64,000 nt of DNA. Source: an uncultured virus (IMG/VR IMGVR_UViG_3300026549_000073). Lineage: Duplodnaviria; Heunggongvirae; Uroviricota; Caudoviricetes; Schitoviridae. This document shows, piece after piece, positions 1 to 9,435 of the stretch (position 1 is its first letter; each line of letters opens with the position of its first letter). The position numbers were made by a program, and so were the translations under genes. The DNA is taken from IMG/VR virus record IMGVR_UViG_3300026549_000073, one strand, 5' to 3'. Under the pieces are notes generated by a model that was not told where the DNA came from, made no database searches, and saw only the letters and a program-made list of their open reading frames with translations.

Positions 1-178
1 TATTACAATTATATTTAGTTACATAAGTTCTTAATAACTTAAGTAAAGCTCTACAACCATATGTATTAGATTTAAACACACAAAATGATGGGTCAGTTTG
101 CTTATCAGCTAAACCTTCCCATTTAGTACCTAATCTAATATTACCCGGATTATGATTTCTAATCCCTCTTGCTGTCAT
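1..178 (-). CDS. Partial (runs off the window) lysozyme-like protein of the RGIRNxNPGNIR family (PM2 P5-like), probable endolysin
   Basis: Manual translation MTARGIRNHNPGNIRLGTKWEG...FCVFKSNTYGCRALLKLLRTY; overlaps the 3' end of the holin-like gene; not in the ORF track. Confidence 0.65.
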   Translation of the reverse strand, partial: MTARGIRNHNPGNIRLGTKWEGLADKQTDPSFCVFKSNTYGCRALLKLLRTYVTKYNCN

Positions 179-464
179 TTTTTGGTTCCTCATCAAATAA
201 AGTGAAATTTATATAATGATTTATAAATCGTTTAAATACAAATAATGCTCTAGAGCCAGCATTACCAAGTAATGTAGCTACTACTAAGGTAGTATTATAA
301 GATACCTCAGCATCTTGAAATAACCTAGCGGTTAAATAACCTATAAATACTGCTACTAATAAATCTAATACAAGATAAACAAAGCTTATCTTATGTGAAT
401 ATTTATATAAGTTTATGTATCTTATAAGACACCCAGAACATGAGCAAAATATTATTTCTAACAT
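159..464 (-). CDS. Putative holin
   Basis: 101 aa, about three hydrophobic segments, charged C-terminal tail, directly upstream of the lysozyme-like gene. Confidence 0.6.
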   Translation of the reverse strand: MLEIIFCSCSGCLIRYINLYKYSHKISFVYLVLDLLVAVFIGYLTARLFQDAEVSYNTTLVVATLLGNAGSRALFVFKRFINHYINFTLFDEEPKNDSKRD

Positions 465-529
465 AAACTTTTCCTTTGTTTAGGAGTAAACTGAATGTCC
501 AATTTTAATTATATGGAGGTTTTACTTTA

Positions 530-2590
530 ATGAAAGTAATAAATAAATCTGGCTGTATTAGTGAATGGAATAATGAAAAAATTATTTCTGCTATCTTTAA
601 AGCAGCAAATCGTGTAGATGAACCAATCACACATACTCAAGCTAATACTGTAGCTAATGCTTGTAAAAAAGCTGCTACTAAGTATCTAAACAACGATTCA
701 ATTACTTCTGCTAAACTACATGAAGTAGTAATCAGTCAGCTTGTTCACCATGGATTTAAGTTAATTGCCAATGCCTATCAAGAATTTAGAGACTATAAAA
801 ATACCTATGCTAAGTCATGGGAACAGCTTAAGGATGATGCTGACCAGATTCTTTTTTTAGGTGATAGGGAGAACGCTAATTTTGATAGTTCTCTAATTTC
901 TACTAAAGGCTCATTAGTAAAAGGCGCTCTTACTAAAGAATTATATAAACAATTCTACTTATCTAAAACAGAAAAATTCCTTATTAAACGAGGAGATATT
1001 TATATCCACGATTTAAGGGATATGATTTTTGGTTCAGTAAACTGTTTTGATAGAAATACCAAATTTATTACATCTCAAGGTCTAAAATCATTTAATGATT
1101 TTAATGATGGAGATACAGTAACGGTTTTAACTGCTAAAGGAAACTGGAAACCAGCAACTGTACACTGTTATGGTAAACAACCATTAAACAAAGTTGGTAT
1201 TAAACGTAGTCGTGGTAAAGAAACTTATGTTTATGTTACAAAGAACCATAGATGGATATTAAATAATAATTCTGAAACAACAGACTTAAAAGTAGGCGAT
1301 ATTTTGTGTGATACCCCAAAAATTTCAACTTTTAATTGGGCTAATTTAAGTACTGAAAACAAAACATATTGGTGTTTAGGCTTTTTATTTGGTGATGGTA
1401 CTCAGTCTCATTCTACTGCTTGTAGTATTCGTTTATGTGGGGATAAATCTAAATATGCAAATAGATTTAAAGAGTGTGGTTTTACTGTAACAGTACCAAA
1501 TAATAAAGGTTGGAATGGCGATAGCTTAGTGTGGATGCATGATACTTCAAAATCAATTCCTCCTATTAAGCATATGACTGTTGAGAATATTAAATTATTT
1601 ATCAATGGTCTATTATGCGCTGATGGAGGTAAAGATTTAAGAAGCTCACAGCGTGACTTTAAATCTCTACAAGTATCAGGAGAATACTGTGATGATATTT
1701 ATAGTATGCTCCATACTGCAGGATATTATGTTAATTCGGTTGCAGATTTAACAGCACAAGAAACAAACTTTGCAATTCGTAGAAAGAATACAAAGCAATT
1801 TAAAATTTATGAAAATGCAACTGAACGAACTGCTTGGAGAGTTTCATCAATAGAACCAACAAATGTAACAACAGATGTTTGGTGCTTAAATGTTGAAGAT
1901 GACCATTCATTTATATTAGAGCATGGTATCCCAACAGGAAACTGTTGTCTGTTTGATATAGGTAATGTCTTAAAGGGTGGTTTTATAATGTCAGGGATAC
2001 ATTATACAGAACCAAAGACAGTATTATCAGCTTTACAGGTAATAGGTGATATTACTCTAGTAGCTACTGCTCAACAATTTGGTGGATTTACTCTTCCTGA
2101 ATTAGATAAGGTATTACTTCCTTATGTAATAAAGTCTTATAACCGTTATTTATCTGATTATGATAACAATACTGAAAAAGCTACTGCTGCTACTATCAGA
2201 GAACTAGAACAAGGTTTCCAAGCTTTAGAGTTAAAATTAAATACTGTACCTTCCAGCAGAGGTGACTTTGCATTTACTACTATTACCTTTGGTCAATGGA
2301 ACCAAGAAACAGAAACAAATAGATATTGGTTATCTATGATTGGTTCTACTTTACTTAAAGTAAGACAAAAAGGTTATGATGGTGTTCCTGTAGTATTTCC
2401 TAAGTTAGTCTATCTATATGATAAGAATTTAATTGATACAGACCCATACGCTGCAGAACTATTTAATGAAGCTGTTAAATGTAGTTCTAAGTGTATGTAC
2501 CCTGATTATTTAAGTCTTACAGGTAATATAAAACAGAATCAAGTAGGTATGGAGTACCACCTATATAACAAGATTATTAGTCCTATGGGT
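530..2590 (+). CDS. nrdD: Anaerobic (class III) ribonucleotide reductase, exon 1 (contains an intein)
   Basis: N-terminal ATP cone, ENANFDS, GDIYIHDL, N|CC split by the intein, QQFGGFT, VVFPKLV, MYPDYLS; ends at SPMG at the intron 5' splice site. Confidence 0.95.
1043..1942 (+). mobile_element. Intein (300 aa) with LAGLIDADG endonuclease, in NrdD
   Basis: Starts CFDRNTKF, block B VTKNHRW, LAGLIDADG-like LGFLFGDG and INGLLCADG, ends VWCLNVEDDHSFILEHGIPTGN followed by C; removal restores GSVN-CCLFD. Confidence 0.93.
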
Positions 2591-3344
2591 AAATAAACTA
2601 CTGCCCATATAAAACAACGTGAAACGGGGAAACTCCAGAACGGACAATCCCGTACCAAGTTTACGAACGCATAATTGCGTATAGGAATTTAAAATGTGGA
2701 AAGATATTAAAGATTGGGAAGATTTATACCAAATTTCAGATACAGGATTAGTTTTTTCTAAAAGAATGAGAAAACTTGTAGCTCAAACTTTAACAAATAA
2801 CTCTTACTATAAAGTAGATTTATTTAGTAGAGCTAAAGGAAAAATTAGAAGAAAATCAGCTTATGTTCACCGATTAGTTGCTGAGGCTTTTATACCTAAA
2901 GTACCGGGAAAAAACTACGTGGACCATATAGATAATAATAAATTAAATAATAAAGCTTCTAATTTACAATGGGTAACTAATTCTGAAAATGTATCTAAAG
3001 GGTATAAAGTAAATGGTCCTAAGAAATCTACTTTTAAATTCATAGTATTTGTAGAAGGCAATAAAACATTCAATACTCTTAAAGAAGCTTCTGACTACCT
3101 AGGATATAGCTATGAACACTGTAAAAGTGCTTTAAGATATTGGAAAGGTAAAGTTGCCCCAAATATTACTATTAAGAAGGTCTAACGACTATCCCTGATG
3201 AATGTAAGGGAGTACAGCCAAGTGGTTGGAAGTGCGTTGCTACTAATTTATTTATTAGTAGATGATATAGTCTGAACTCTATAGGAATATAGAGAAGTTC
3301 TTTAAAGAACTGGCATAGCCTAACGAACTATGTTGAACATATTG
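2591..3344 (+). mobile_element. Group I intron in nrdD encoding an HNH endonuclease
   Basis: Exon ends in U (ATGGGT), P1 pairing with GCCCAT, core elements AACGACTA and GATATAGTCT, terminal G at 3344; splicing restores the conserved SPMG-CR. Confidence 0.92.
2694..3185 (+). CDS. Intron-encoded NUMOD4-HNH homing endonuclease
   Basis: MWKDIKDWEDLYQISDTG, VHRLVAEAF, VDHIDNNKLNNKASNLQW; stop codon runs into the intron core. Confidence 0.92.
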   Translation: MWKDIKDWEDLYQISDTGLVFSKRMRKLVAQTLTNNSYYKVDLFSRAKGKIRRKSAYVHRLVAEAFIPKVPGKNYVDHIDNNKLNNKASNLQWVTNSENVSKGYKVNGPKKSTFKFIVFVEGNKTFNTLKEASDYLGYSYEHCKSALRYWKGKVAPNITIKKV

Positions 3345-4295
3345 TGTAGAGCCTACTTAAGCCATTGGACAGACCCAAAGACTAATAAAGCAGTTACAGT
3401 AGGTAGATGTAATATAGGTGCAGTATCTCTTAATATCCCATTAATTATTGCAGTAGCTAAAAAAGAATTTAGTACTAACTGGAAAGAATCATTCTGGAAT
3501 TTATTATCTGATAGATTACAGGTTATTAGAGAATTTCTATGTAAACGCTATGAAATTATTAGACATACTAAGGCAAGTACAAATCCTTTAGCTTTTACAC
3601 AAGGAGGATTCTACAACGGTTATAGACAACCTGATGAAGAAGTAGGTGACTTAGTAGATTATATGACTGCTTCTTTTGGTATTACTGCATTAAATGAAGC
3701 AACTGTGTTGTGGTGTGGTAAATCTTTATATGAAGATAAATCAATCTTTGCTAATAAAGTAATTGATTTTATCTTAGCTAAACTAGATAAATATAAAGAA
3801 CAGGACCACCATTTATATGCTTTATATGGTACTCCTGCAGAATCCCTATGTGGTACTCAAGCTACTCAATATAGAGAATATACAGGAGATAATCAATTTG
3901 GCTCTTTCTTTAGTAATAGCTTCCATTGTCATGTATCCGAAGATATTACTCCTATTGAAAAACAGGATACCGAAGCAGCAGCTTTCTATAAAGTAGCTGG
4001 AGGACATATTCAATATGTACGTTTAGATAATCCTGAAAACTTAGAGGCTACCAAAGCTATTATTGAAAGAGGCATGTCATTAGGTTTTTATCAAGGAGTA
4101 AACTTTGATTCTTGTCATTGCAATGATTGTGGTACTTCTTTTACTAATGGTGGTAAAACTTGCCCTAGTTGCGGCAGTCATAACATTACAACTATTAGTA
4201 GGGTTTGTGGTTATCTTGGCTATTCTAATATTAATGGTCATACTCGTATGAATGATGCAAAACTAGATGAGATTAAACAAAGGAAATCAATGTGA
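3345..4295 (+). CDS. nrdD: Anaerobic ribonucleotide reductase, exon 2
   Basis: CRAYL, GRCNIGAVSLN, YGTPAESL, CxxC...CxxC zinc site, RVCGYL glycyl-radical motif. Confidence 0.95.
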   Translation, partial: CRAYLSHWTDPKTNKAVTVGRCNIGAVSLNIPLIIAVAKKEFSTNWKESFWNLLSDRLQVIREFLCKRYEIIRHTKASTNPLAFTQGGFYNGYRQPDEEVGDLVDYMTASFGITALNEATVLWCGKSLYEDKSIFANKVIDFILAKLDKYKEQDHHLYALYGTPAESLCGTQATQYREYTGDNQFGSFFSNSFHCHVSEDITPIEKQDTEAAAFYKVAGGHIQYVRLDNPENLEATKAIIERGMSLGFYQGVNFDSCHCNDCGTSFTNGGKTCPSCGSHNITTISRVCGYLGYSNINGHTRMNDAKLDEIKQRKSM

Positions 4296-4738
4296 ACTAT
4301 CTAGGATTAAACAAGTATGATACTGCTAATGGACCCGGTATCAGAGTATCACTATTTGTCAGTGGATGTACTATCCACTGCCAAAATTGTTTTAATAAAG
4401 AATCTTGGGATTTTAATGCTGGTAAACCTTTTACAGATAAAATACAAGAAGATATTATTAAAACTCTACAAGAACCTTATATAAATGGTTTAAGTATTCT
4501 AGGTGGTGACCCACTAGAACCAAAGAACCAAGATACAGTATTATCATTAGTTAAAGCTGTTAGAGCTTCTAGTCCTAAATCTATATGGTTATGGACTGGT
4601 AGAATACACTGGCAGGTTAAAGATAATCCTATATTAAATTATATAGATGTTCTTATAGATGGTCCTTATATTCACTCTTTAAAACCAGTACAATATGCTG
4701 GTAGTTCAAACCAAAATATTATATTTCTGAGGAAATGA
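4292..4738 (+). CDS. nrdG: Anaerobic RNR activase (radical SAM)
   Basis: NGPGIRVSLFVSGCTIHCQNCFN (CxxxCxxC), LGGDPL, GSSNQ; follows nrdD. Confidence 0.95.
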   Translation: MNYLGLNKYDTANGPGIRVSLFVSGCTIHCQNCFNKESWDFNAGKPFTDKIQEDIIKTLQEPYINGLSILGGDPLEPKNQDTVLSLVKAVRASSPKSIWLWTGRIHWQVKDNPILNYIDVLIDGPYIHSLKPVQYAGSSNQNIIFLRK

Positions 4739-5160
4739 TGAATAAGAAAATTTTAAAATTTAAAGCTCTTCATATTGACGCTGTTATTCCTACTAAAGCT
4801 CATCCTACAGATGCAGGATATGACTTATATGCTGTAGAAGATAAATGGCTTACTATTAATAAACCTACTTTAATTAAGACAGGTATAGCTATGGAAATTC
4901 CTAAGGGCTGTGTAGGTGATATTCGCCCTCGTTCTGGATTAAGTGCTAAAGGTGTAACTGTAGCCTATGGTACTATTGATTCTGGATATAGAGGTGAAGT
5001 TAAAGTAAATATGAAGGCTTGGTGCCATAAGATTCATAAGGGAGATAGAATTGCTCAATTAGTAGTTCTACCTTTAGTATCATTTATTAATGAACAGTTT
5101 GATAATGAACTAAGCAAATCAGATAGAGGAACCAAGGGATTTGGTTCTACTGGTAAGTAA
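4735..5160 (+). CDS. dut: Trimeric dUTPase
   Basis: AGYDL, PRSG, GTIDSGYRGE, RIAQL and RGTKGFGSTG motifs. Confidence 0.95.
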   Translation: MMNKKILKFKALHIDAVIPTKAHPTDAGYDLYAVEDKWLTINKPTLIKTGIAMEIPKGCVGDIRPRSGLSAKGVTVAYGTIDSGYRGEVKVNMKAWCHKIHKGDRIAQLVVLPLVSFINEQFDNELSKSDRGTKGFGSTGK

Positions 5161-5190
5161 TAAATAAGCCCCTATATGGGGCTTTATTTT
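5161..5190. terminator. Bidirectional intrinsic terminator
   Basis: AAGCCCC-tatat-GGGGCTT between convergent genes with A/T tails. Confidence 0.75.
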
Positions 5191-5413
5191 ATGTAAATAT
5201 ATTCCACTCAGTATTTACTAAATCTTTTGTTGTGGGTGTCCATTCAGACACTTTATCATTATCATGTTTAAGTAATCTTGTAGTAACGGCATTGACTTTA
5301 TCCGAGGACCATTCCCAAGTAATATACTCCCCAGCTTCCCAATCTTTTGATTGTAGCTTAAATTGAGGATGTTCTCTGATAAACTCAATGGCATTACCAA
5401 ATGACATTTTCAT
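5189..5413 (-). CDS. DUF2829 / Tad2-like protein
   Basis: MSFGNAI...W..GEYI...WTPTTKDLVNTEW fits the DUF2829 pattern (M.F..A...W.P...D....DW); upstream AGGAG. Confidence 0.6.
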   Translation of the reverse strand: MKMSFGNAIEFIREHPQFKLQSKDWEAGEYITWEWSSDKVNAVTTRLLKHDNDKVSEWTPTTKDLVNTEWNIFT

Positions 5414-5599
5414 AACAATCTCCTAGTAAGTAAGAAAGTAAATAGGGTAGCAGTTTAGCTACCCTATTATATTACATTTTATGTTCTAGTTTTAATTCAT
5501 GAATTAGCTTCAATATCTATAAACATTTCTTTACAATATGTATCTCTTCATACTTCTTTACTAAGATTGGTTCTTTAAGAGATACTAAGCTTTCTGTTG

Positions 5600-5932
5600 T
5601 GGTAGATAACTTATGTTTAATTTGAGTGTCTAACTAATAAATAAAATTTCTTAAATATAAGTTATGTTTAATATACCTAAGGTTATCTACTTTAAACCAT
5701 AATATACTTTGAGAACCTTTCAAAGTATTTATTTTATGTTTAATAACAACTTATTTAGGTAAGTATTTGGTAAGATAACTAGGATTAGTTTTATGTAAAA
5801 CATTACATACATCTTTACCAACTACCTATATGGAGTTGTCTTCAGAAGGTATATGAAATCTTATAGTAAAGGTTTCATATGAAGGATATAAATTTAGCAG
5901 GAGTGTTTCTATCAAGCATATAAGCCTCCTAA
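5600..5932 (+). ncRNA. Candidate structured non-coding element (RNA or origin)
   Basis: Several nested inverted repeats in an intergenic gap; mismatches read as G-U pairs on the + strand. Confidence 0.35.
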
Positions 5933-5947
5933 TTATAAGGAAAGTAA

Positions 5948-6124
5948 ATGTATTATAATCAGAAATCTTATACTCATGATGAAGTAATTAAATTATTATC
6001 TATTTTAGAGCAAAACATCCAAGATTTAATTCAGGATAGAGCAAGTAATATAGAACTCTTAAATGAACTTCATGGTATGAAAGAAGAGTTTATTATAGCT
6101 ACACCATATAAAGAGGTATGTTAA
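5948..6124 (+). CDS. Hypothetical protein, 58 aa
   Basis: MYYNQKSYTHDEVIKLL...; AAGGA upstream; TAATG overlap with the next gene; below the ORF-track cutoff. Confidence 0.65.
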   Translation: MYYNQKSYTHDEVIKLLSILEQNIQDLIQDRASNIELLNELHGMKEEFIIATPYKEVC

Positions 6125-6324
6125 TGAACCAAGATAAAGCATTATGGTGCTTATTTCTTACTTGTATTACTATTATAATTATTTGTTTTTTAATTGGGTT
6201 TATTATAGCCATAGTAGAATACCATTCTAAAAATCAATGTTCATTTGAACATACTGAAGAATGTAAATGTGTAAACTTTAGACCTTATTTAAAACATGAG
6301 GCTTTTAACTATGACCTTAAGTAA
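6124..6324 (+). CDS. Small membrane protein
   Basis: One long hydrophobic segment; start reassigned to the ATG of the TAATG overlap. Confidence 0.6.
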   Translation: MNQDKALWCLFLTCITIIIICFLIGFIIAIVEYHSKNQCSFEHTEECKCVNFRPYLKHEAFNYDLK

Positions 6325-6505
6325 TTTAGTACAAGTATTAGATAAAGACCAATCTATTTATGTTTGGTTCTCAGATGATATTATTGGACGTGGTCCTACT
6401 AGTACTTTATTAAGACGTAAAGAGATTAATGCTATATTAGATTATAACGTAACTAATGTTTATGTTATTCATAATGAACTACACATATATACTGACTTTA
6501 AATAG
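6296..6505 (+). CDS. Hypothetical protein (start may be 6311)
   Basis: ORF within a tightly packed operon. Confidence 0.55.
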   Translation: MRLLTMTLSNLVQVLDKDQSIYVWFSDDIIGRGPTSTLLRRKEINAILDYNVTNVYVIHNELHIYTDFK

Positions 6506-6641
6506 TCAGGAACCCTCTAAATTTCATCATACAGAGACATTACTATCAAGCTAAGGTAATTTATCACCTTAGCCTTTAATTTTAATCTATGAGCGTTTTT
6601 AACATAGAATTAGACTACAAATAAATAAAACAACAAAACAG

Positions 6642-6758
6642 ATGAAACACTTATTTAATTTAGCTGTTGGTATTCTTTTAACAGGTTTTATTTTTGCAGC
6701 AGGTGTAGTAATTGGAATTAAAATAATAATGTTTCAATTAAAAAGAGAAGATAAATGA
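6642..6758 (+). CDS. Small membrane protein, 38 aa
   Basis: MKHLFNLAVGILLTGFIFAAGVVIGIKIIMF...; ATGA overlap with the next ORF. Confidence 0.5.
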   Translation: MKHLFNLAVGILLTGFIFAAGVVIGIKIIMFQLKREDK

Positions 6759-7570
6759 ACAGTAAGATTATTAGTGAATGGATTAATAATAAAGTTAAAG
6801 TAGCTGTGATATTAAATCATAAATACTTTAATGGTTTTAATAATACTGCTTATATTCATACAGCAGGAATAATTAAAGAATATGATGATATAGGGATACT
6901 CTATGAAAACAAAGAAAAAGATATTTTTTATATCCCATATACAAGTATTATTGAAATAGAACCTTTAAATATAAATAAAAAGAGATTAAAGATGAATTTT
7001 GATATTAAAGATGTTAAATCATGGGCTAATAGGCATGATGTTAGAACGCTATCAGTTACAGGCTTTTTTGGAAATTCTTTATCAGAAATTGATAACGAAA
7101 TTAGAAGATATAATAAAGGAGAAAAAAACCACTTACATGAGTTGTATCAGATAAGTGACAATGGCTGTTATTGTTTTGGATATGCAATGTATTTTGCAGA
7201 TACAGGTGCTTTTGGTGGAACTAATAATTTCGCTTTTTTCTTACCATTAGATAAAGTCAAAGTAGAAAAAAGATACAGACCTTTCAAAGATGCATATGAG
7301 TTTTATAAGTTTTTAGTAAATCCTTCTCTCGCAAGGAAAGACTTTAGCAACAAATTGCTGTTAAATTTACTTATCATATACAGGGAAATAAAGTCACCAC
7401 AATATACAACCATAGAGCTAATTACTAGAGTATTCTTAAACGAAACTGACAAGGCATGTAAAATTTTTATCAATAAAAGGGACTTTGAAGATTGGTTTGC
7501 TAATTATGAAATTATGAACAACAAAGGTAAATGGGTGCCTTTTGGAGTAGAAGTAAAAGAAAATGATTAA
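6755..7570 (+). CDS. Hypothetical protein, possibly two fused genes
   Basis: Beta-rich N-terminal part of about 79 aa, then an internal MNFDIKDVKSWANRHDV that resembles a second gene start. Confidence 0.7.
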   Translation: MNSKIISEWINNKVKVAVILNHKYFNGFNNTAYIHTAGIIKEYDDIGILYENKEKDIFYIPYTSIIEIEPLNINKKRLKMNFDIKDVKSWANRHDVRTLSVTGFFGNSLSEIDNEIRRYNKGEKNHLHELYQISDNGCYCFGYAMYFADTGAFGGTNNFAFFLPLDKVKVEKRYRPFKDAYEFYKFLVNPSLARKDFSNKLLLNLLIIYREIKSPQYTTIELITRVFLNETDKACKIFINKRDFEDWFANYEIMNNKGKWVPFGVEVKEND

Positions 7571-7594
7571 GATTAAAATAGCTTTAATATATGT

Positions 7595-7623
7595 TTAAAG
7601 AGACTCAATTTGAGTCTCTTTAA
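7595..7623. terminator. Bidirectional terminator-like hairpin
   Basis: TTAAAGAGACTCA-att-TGAGTCTCTTTAA perfect 13-bp stem between convergent units. Confidence 0.7.
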
Positions 7624-7691
7624 TTTAGTTCTAGATTAGATTTATCCGAAGAAAGGGTAAGATAGTCTATCTAAAGAATTTTAATAAATAC

Positions 7692-9158
7692 TTATCCTAC
7701 TGTTATTAAATAACCTGATACTTTAACACCATTACTAAAATTATGCTGTGCTGTTACTGTTTGTGCTGAAGTTAAATGCACCCTAGCATTAGCATTATTA
7801 TTAGCATTTACCGCTGCAGTATTAGCACTTGTTGCTGTGTTATAGGCATTAGTTGCTGCGGTATTAGCATCTGAAGCTGCCTTACTAGCACTAACAGCTG
7901 CATTATTAGCATTGGTTGCCGCAGTGTTAGCAGTTGCTGCTGCTTTACCTGCATCAACTGCTGTATTGTAAGCATTGTTAGCTGTATTTTGGGCAACTAC
8001 CGCTGCATTATTAGCATTATCTGCTATAGTCTTTACACCTATTGCTGCATTATAAGCATCAGTTGCTTTTTTAGCAGCATCAGCTGCTGTTGTATTTACA
8101 CTGGCTACAGAACTCTTAGTAGCATAGGTATCTATAATAATATTATTAGAACTATCTTTAGTTGCTTTATCAGCAATATTAGCTTTATCTGCCCTATCAG
8201 CTACAATAGCTGTATCTGCATTTACAGCATGATTAGCATTAGTACAACTTACAGCTGTATTAGCTGAACCAGCAGTAGTAGCAGAGTTAGCTTTGTTACA
8301 AGTATTAGCATAATTAACAGCTTGTTGTGCAATATTAGCTGTAGTAATAAGACCAAATGTAGTTTGGTCTACAGTAAGGTTTACATAGCCCTTAAAGGTA
8401 GTATCCCAATTAATACCAATTCTATCAGGATAATGACTCTTAAGTGCATAGGTATTAACTATGTTTCTATCTACACTATCATTAGTAGTTTTAGTAGATG
8501 AAGTAGCATTACCATTTAAAGAACCATAGAAGGTAATAACATTATCAGGAGTAATATCGGCAAGACGAGCAAAAACATTATTAGTTCCTATAGCACCAAT
8601 ACCTTTAGCTGTTTTAGTTGCATATAAATAAATTGAACCAACAGAAGGATTATCTGCAAGTAAATCTACTTCAGTTTCGTTGCCTTGAACTCTTAAAGAA
8701 CCAGTTAGTGTACCACCTACTAAAGGCAGATAACTACTTTTAATATTTTTAATATTAGTTTCAGTTACTAACTTAAAATCATCTATATCAATACCTTGAA
8801 TAGCATTAATCTTAGCGTACAAAGCATTAATCTGTAAATCATGATTATTAACTGTTTCTGTAAGAGTAGTTACTTTATTAGTTGAGGTAGTAGCCATTTC
8901 AGACACTATCTTTAACTGCTTATCATTTTCAGTGGTATAGGCAGCATAATCAGTTAATAACTTATCATAGTTAGGTAGCTTAGCTTTAATCTGATTGTAT
9001 TCTTGAAGATTTAAAGTTCTAGTTACTTTTCTAGTAACTAGTATTCTACCTTCTGAATCTACTGCATCTTTATTTGTTTCTGGGTCTCTAATAGGAATAT
9101 CTATCCAATAATCTGCTTCTATAGGAGCACCCGGATTAGTTACTTTATATTTAGCCAT
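7692..9158 (-). CDS. Tail fibre protein
   Basis: YLPLVGGTLTG, FYGSLNGNATS, Ala/Asn-rich heptad stretch; N- and C-termini paralogous to 9996..12314. Confidence 0.75.
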   Translation of the reverse strand: MAKYKVTNPGAPIEADYWIDIPIRDPETNKDAVDSEGRILVTRKVTRTLNLQEYNQIKAKLPNYDKLLTDYAAYTTENDKQLKIVSEMATTSTNKVTTLTETVNNHDLQINALYAKINAIQGIDIDDFKLVTETNIKNIKSSYLPLVGGTLTGSLRVQGNETEVDLLADNPSVGSIYLYATKTAKGIGAIGTNNVFARLADITPDNVITFYGSLNGNATSSTKTTNDSVDRNIVNTYALKSHYPDRIGINWDTTFKGYVNLTVDQTTFGLITTANIAQQAVNYANTCNKANSATTAGSANTAVSCTNANHAVNADTAIVADRADKANIADKATKDSSNNIIIDTYATKSSVASVNTTAADAAKKATDAYNAAIGVKTIADNANNAAVVAQNTANNAYNTAVDAGKAAATANTAATNANNAAVSASKAASDANTAATNAYNTATSANTAAVNANNNANARVHLTSAQTVTAQHNFSNGVKVSGYLITVG

Positions 9159-9185
9159 ATTATTATCCTATTATATTCTTATAAC

Positions 9186-9425
9186 TTAATCCTTAATTTC
9201 ATCATCATTATCATCTATCTGAATTAAATCAATATCTTCACCTGTGCTTTCAACCGCAATTCCCTGTTCTTTTTTTAAACAGTATTTATTGAGCTTTGCA
9301 CCTAATTTTGTATTAATTGCTATGATTACATTTCCGTAATCTTTATCATCTACAGATAAATCAATAAAGTGTAAATTCTCTTGTTTCTGCCCAAAGTAAG
9401 AGACTGATTTATATTTAATGTTCAT
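9186..9425 (-). CDS. Hypothetical protein in the tail fibre cluster
   Basis: 79-aa ORF with AGGTG upstream, co-oriented with its neighbours. Confidence 0.55.
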   Translation of the reverse strand: MNIKYKSVSYFGQKQENLHFIDLSVDDKDYGNVIIAINTKLGAKLNKYCLKKEQGIAVESTGEDIDLIQIDDNDDEIKD

Positions 9426-9435
9426 ATATAATCAC

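Noticed and set aside
3330..3344. ORF-track start of the second nrdD part (MLNIL); likewise the TTG start at 36498
   Set aside because: These codons lie in intron 3' ends; the exons begin at 3345 and 36502
5600..5750. Mini CRISPR array from the three TTATGTTTAAT copies
   Set aside because: The repeat is only 11 nt and AT-rich, spacing is uneven, and there are no cas genes; the Cas4-like gene at 39265 sits in the core N4 replication module
7808..8267. Alternative-frame and antisense short ORFs here and elsewhere (for example 1408, 5218, 9418, 15511, 16161, 19463, 22640, 23864, 26326, 27809, 30134, 35265, 36310, 39082, 55178, 58221, 60502, 61066, 63061)
   Set aside because: Shadows of well-supported genes or introns with no recognisable motifs
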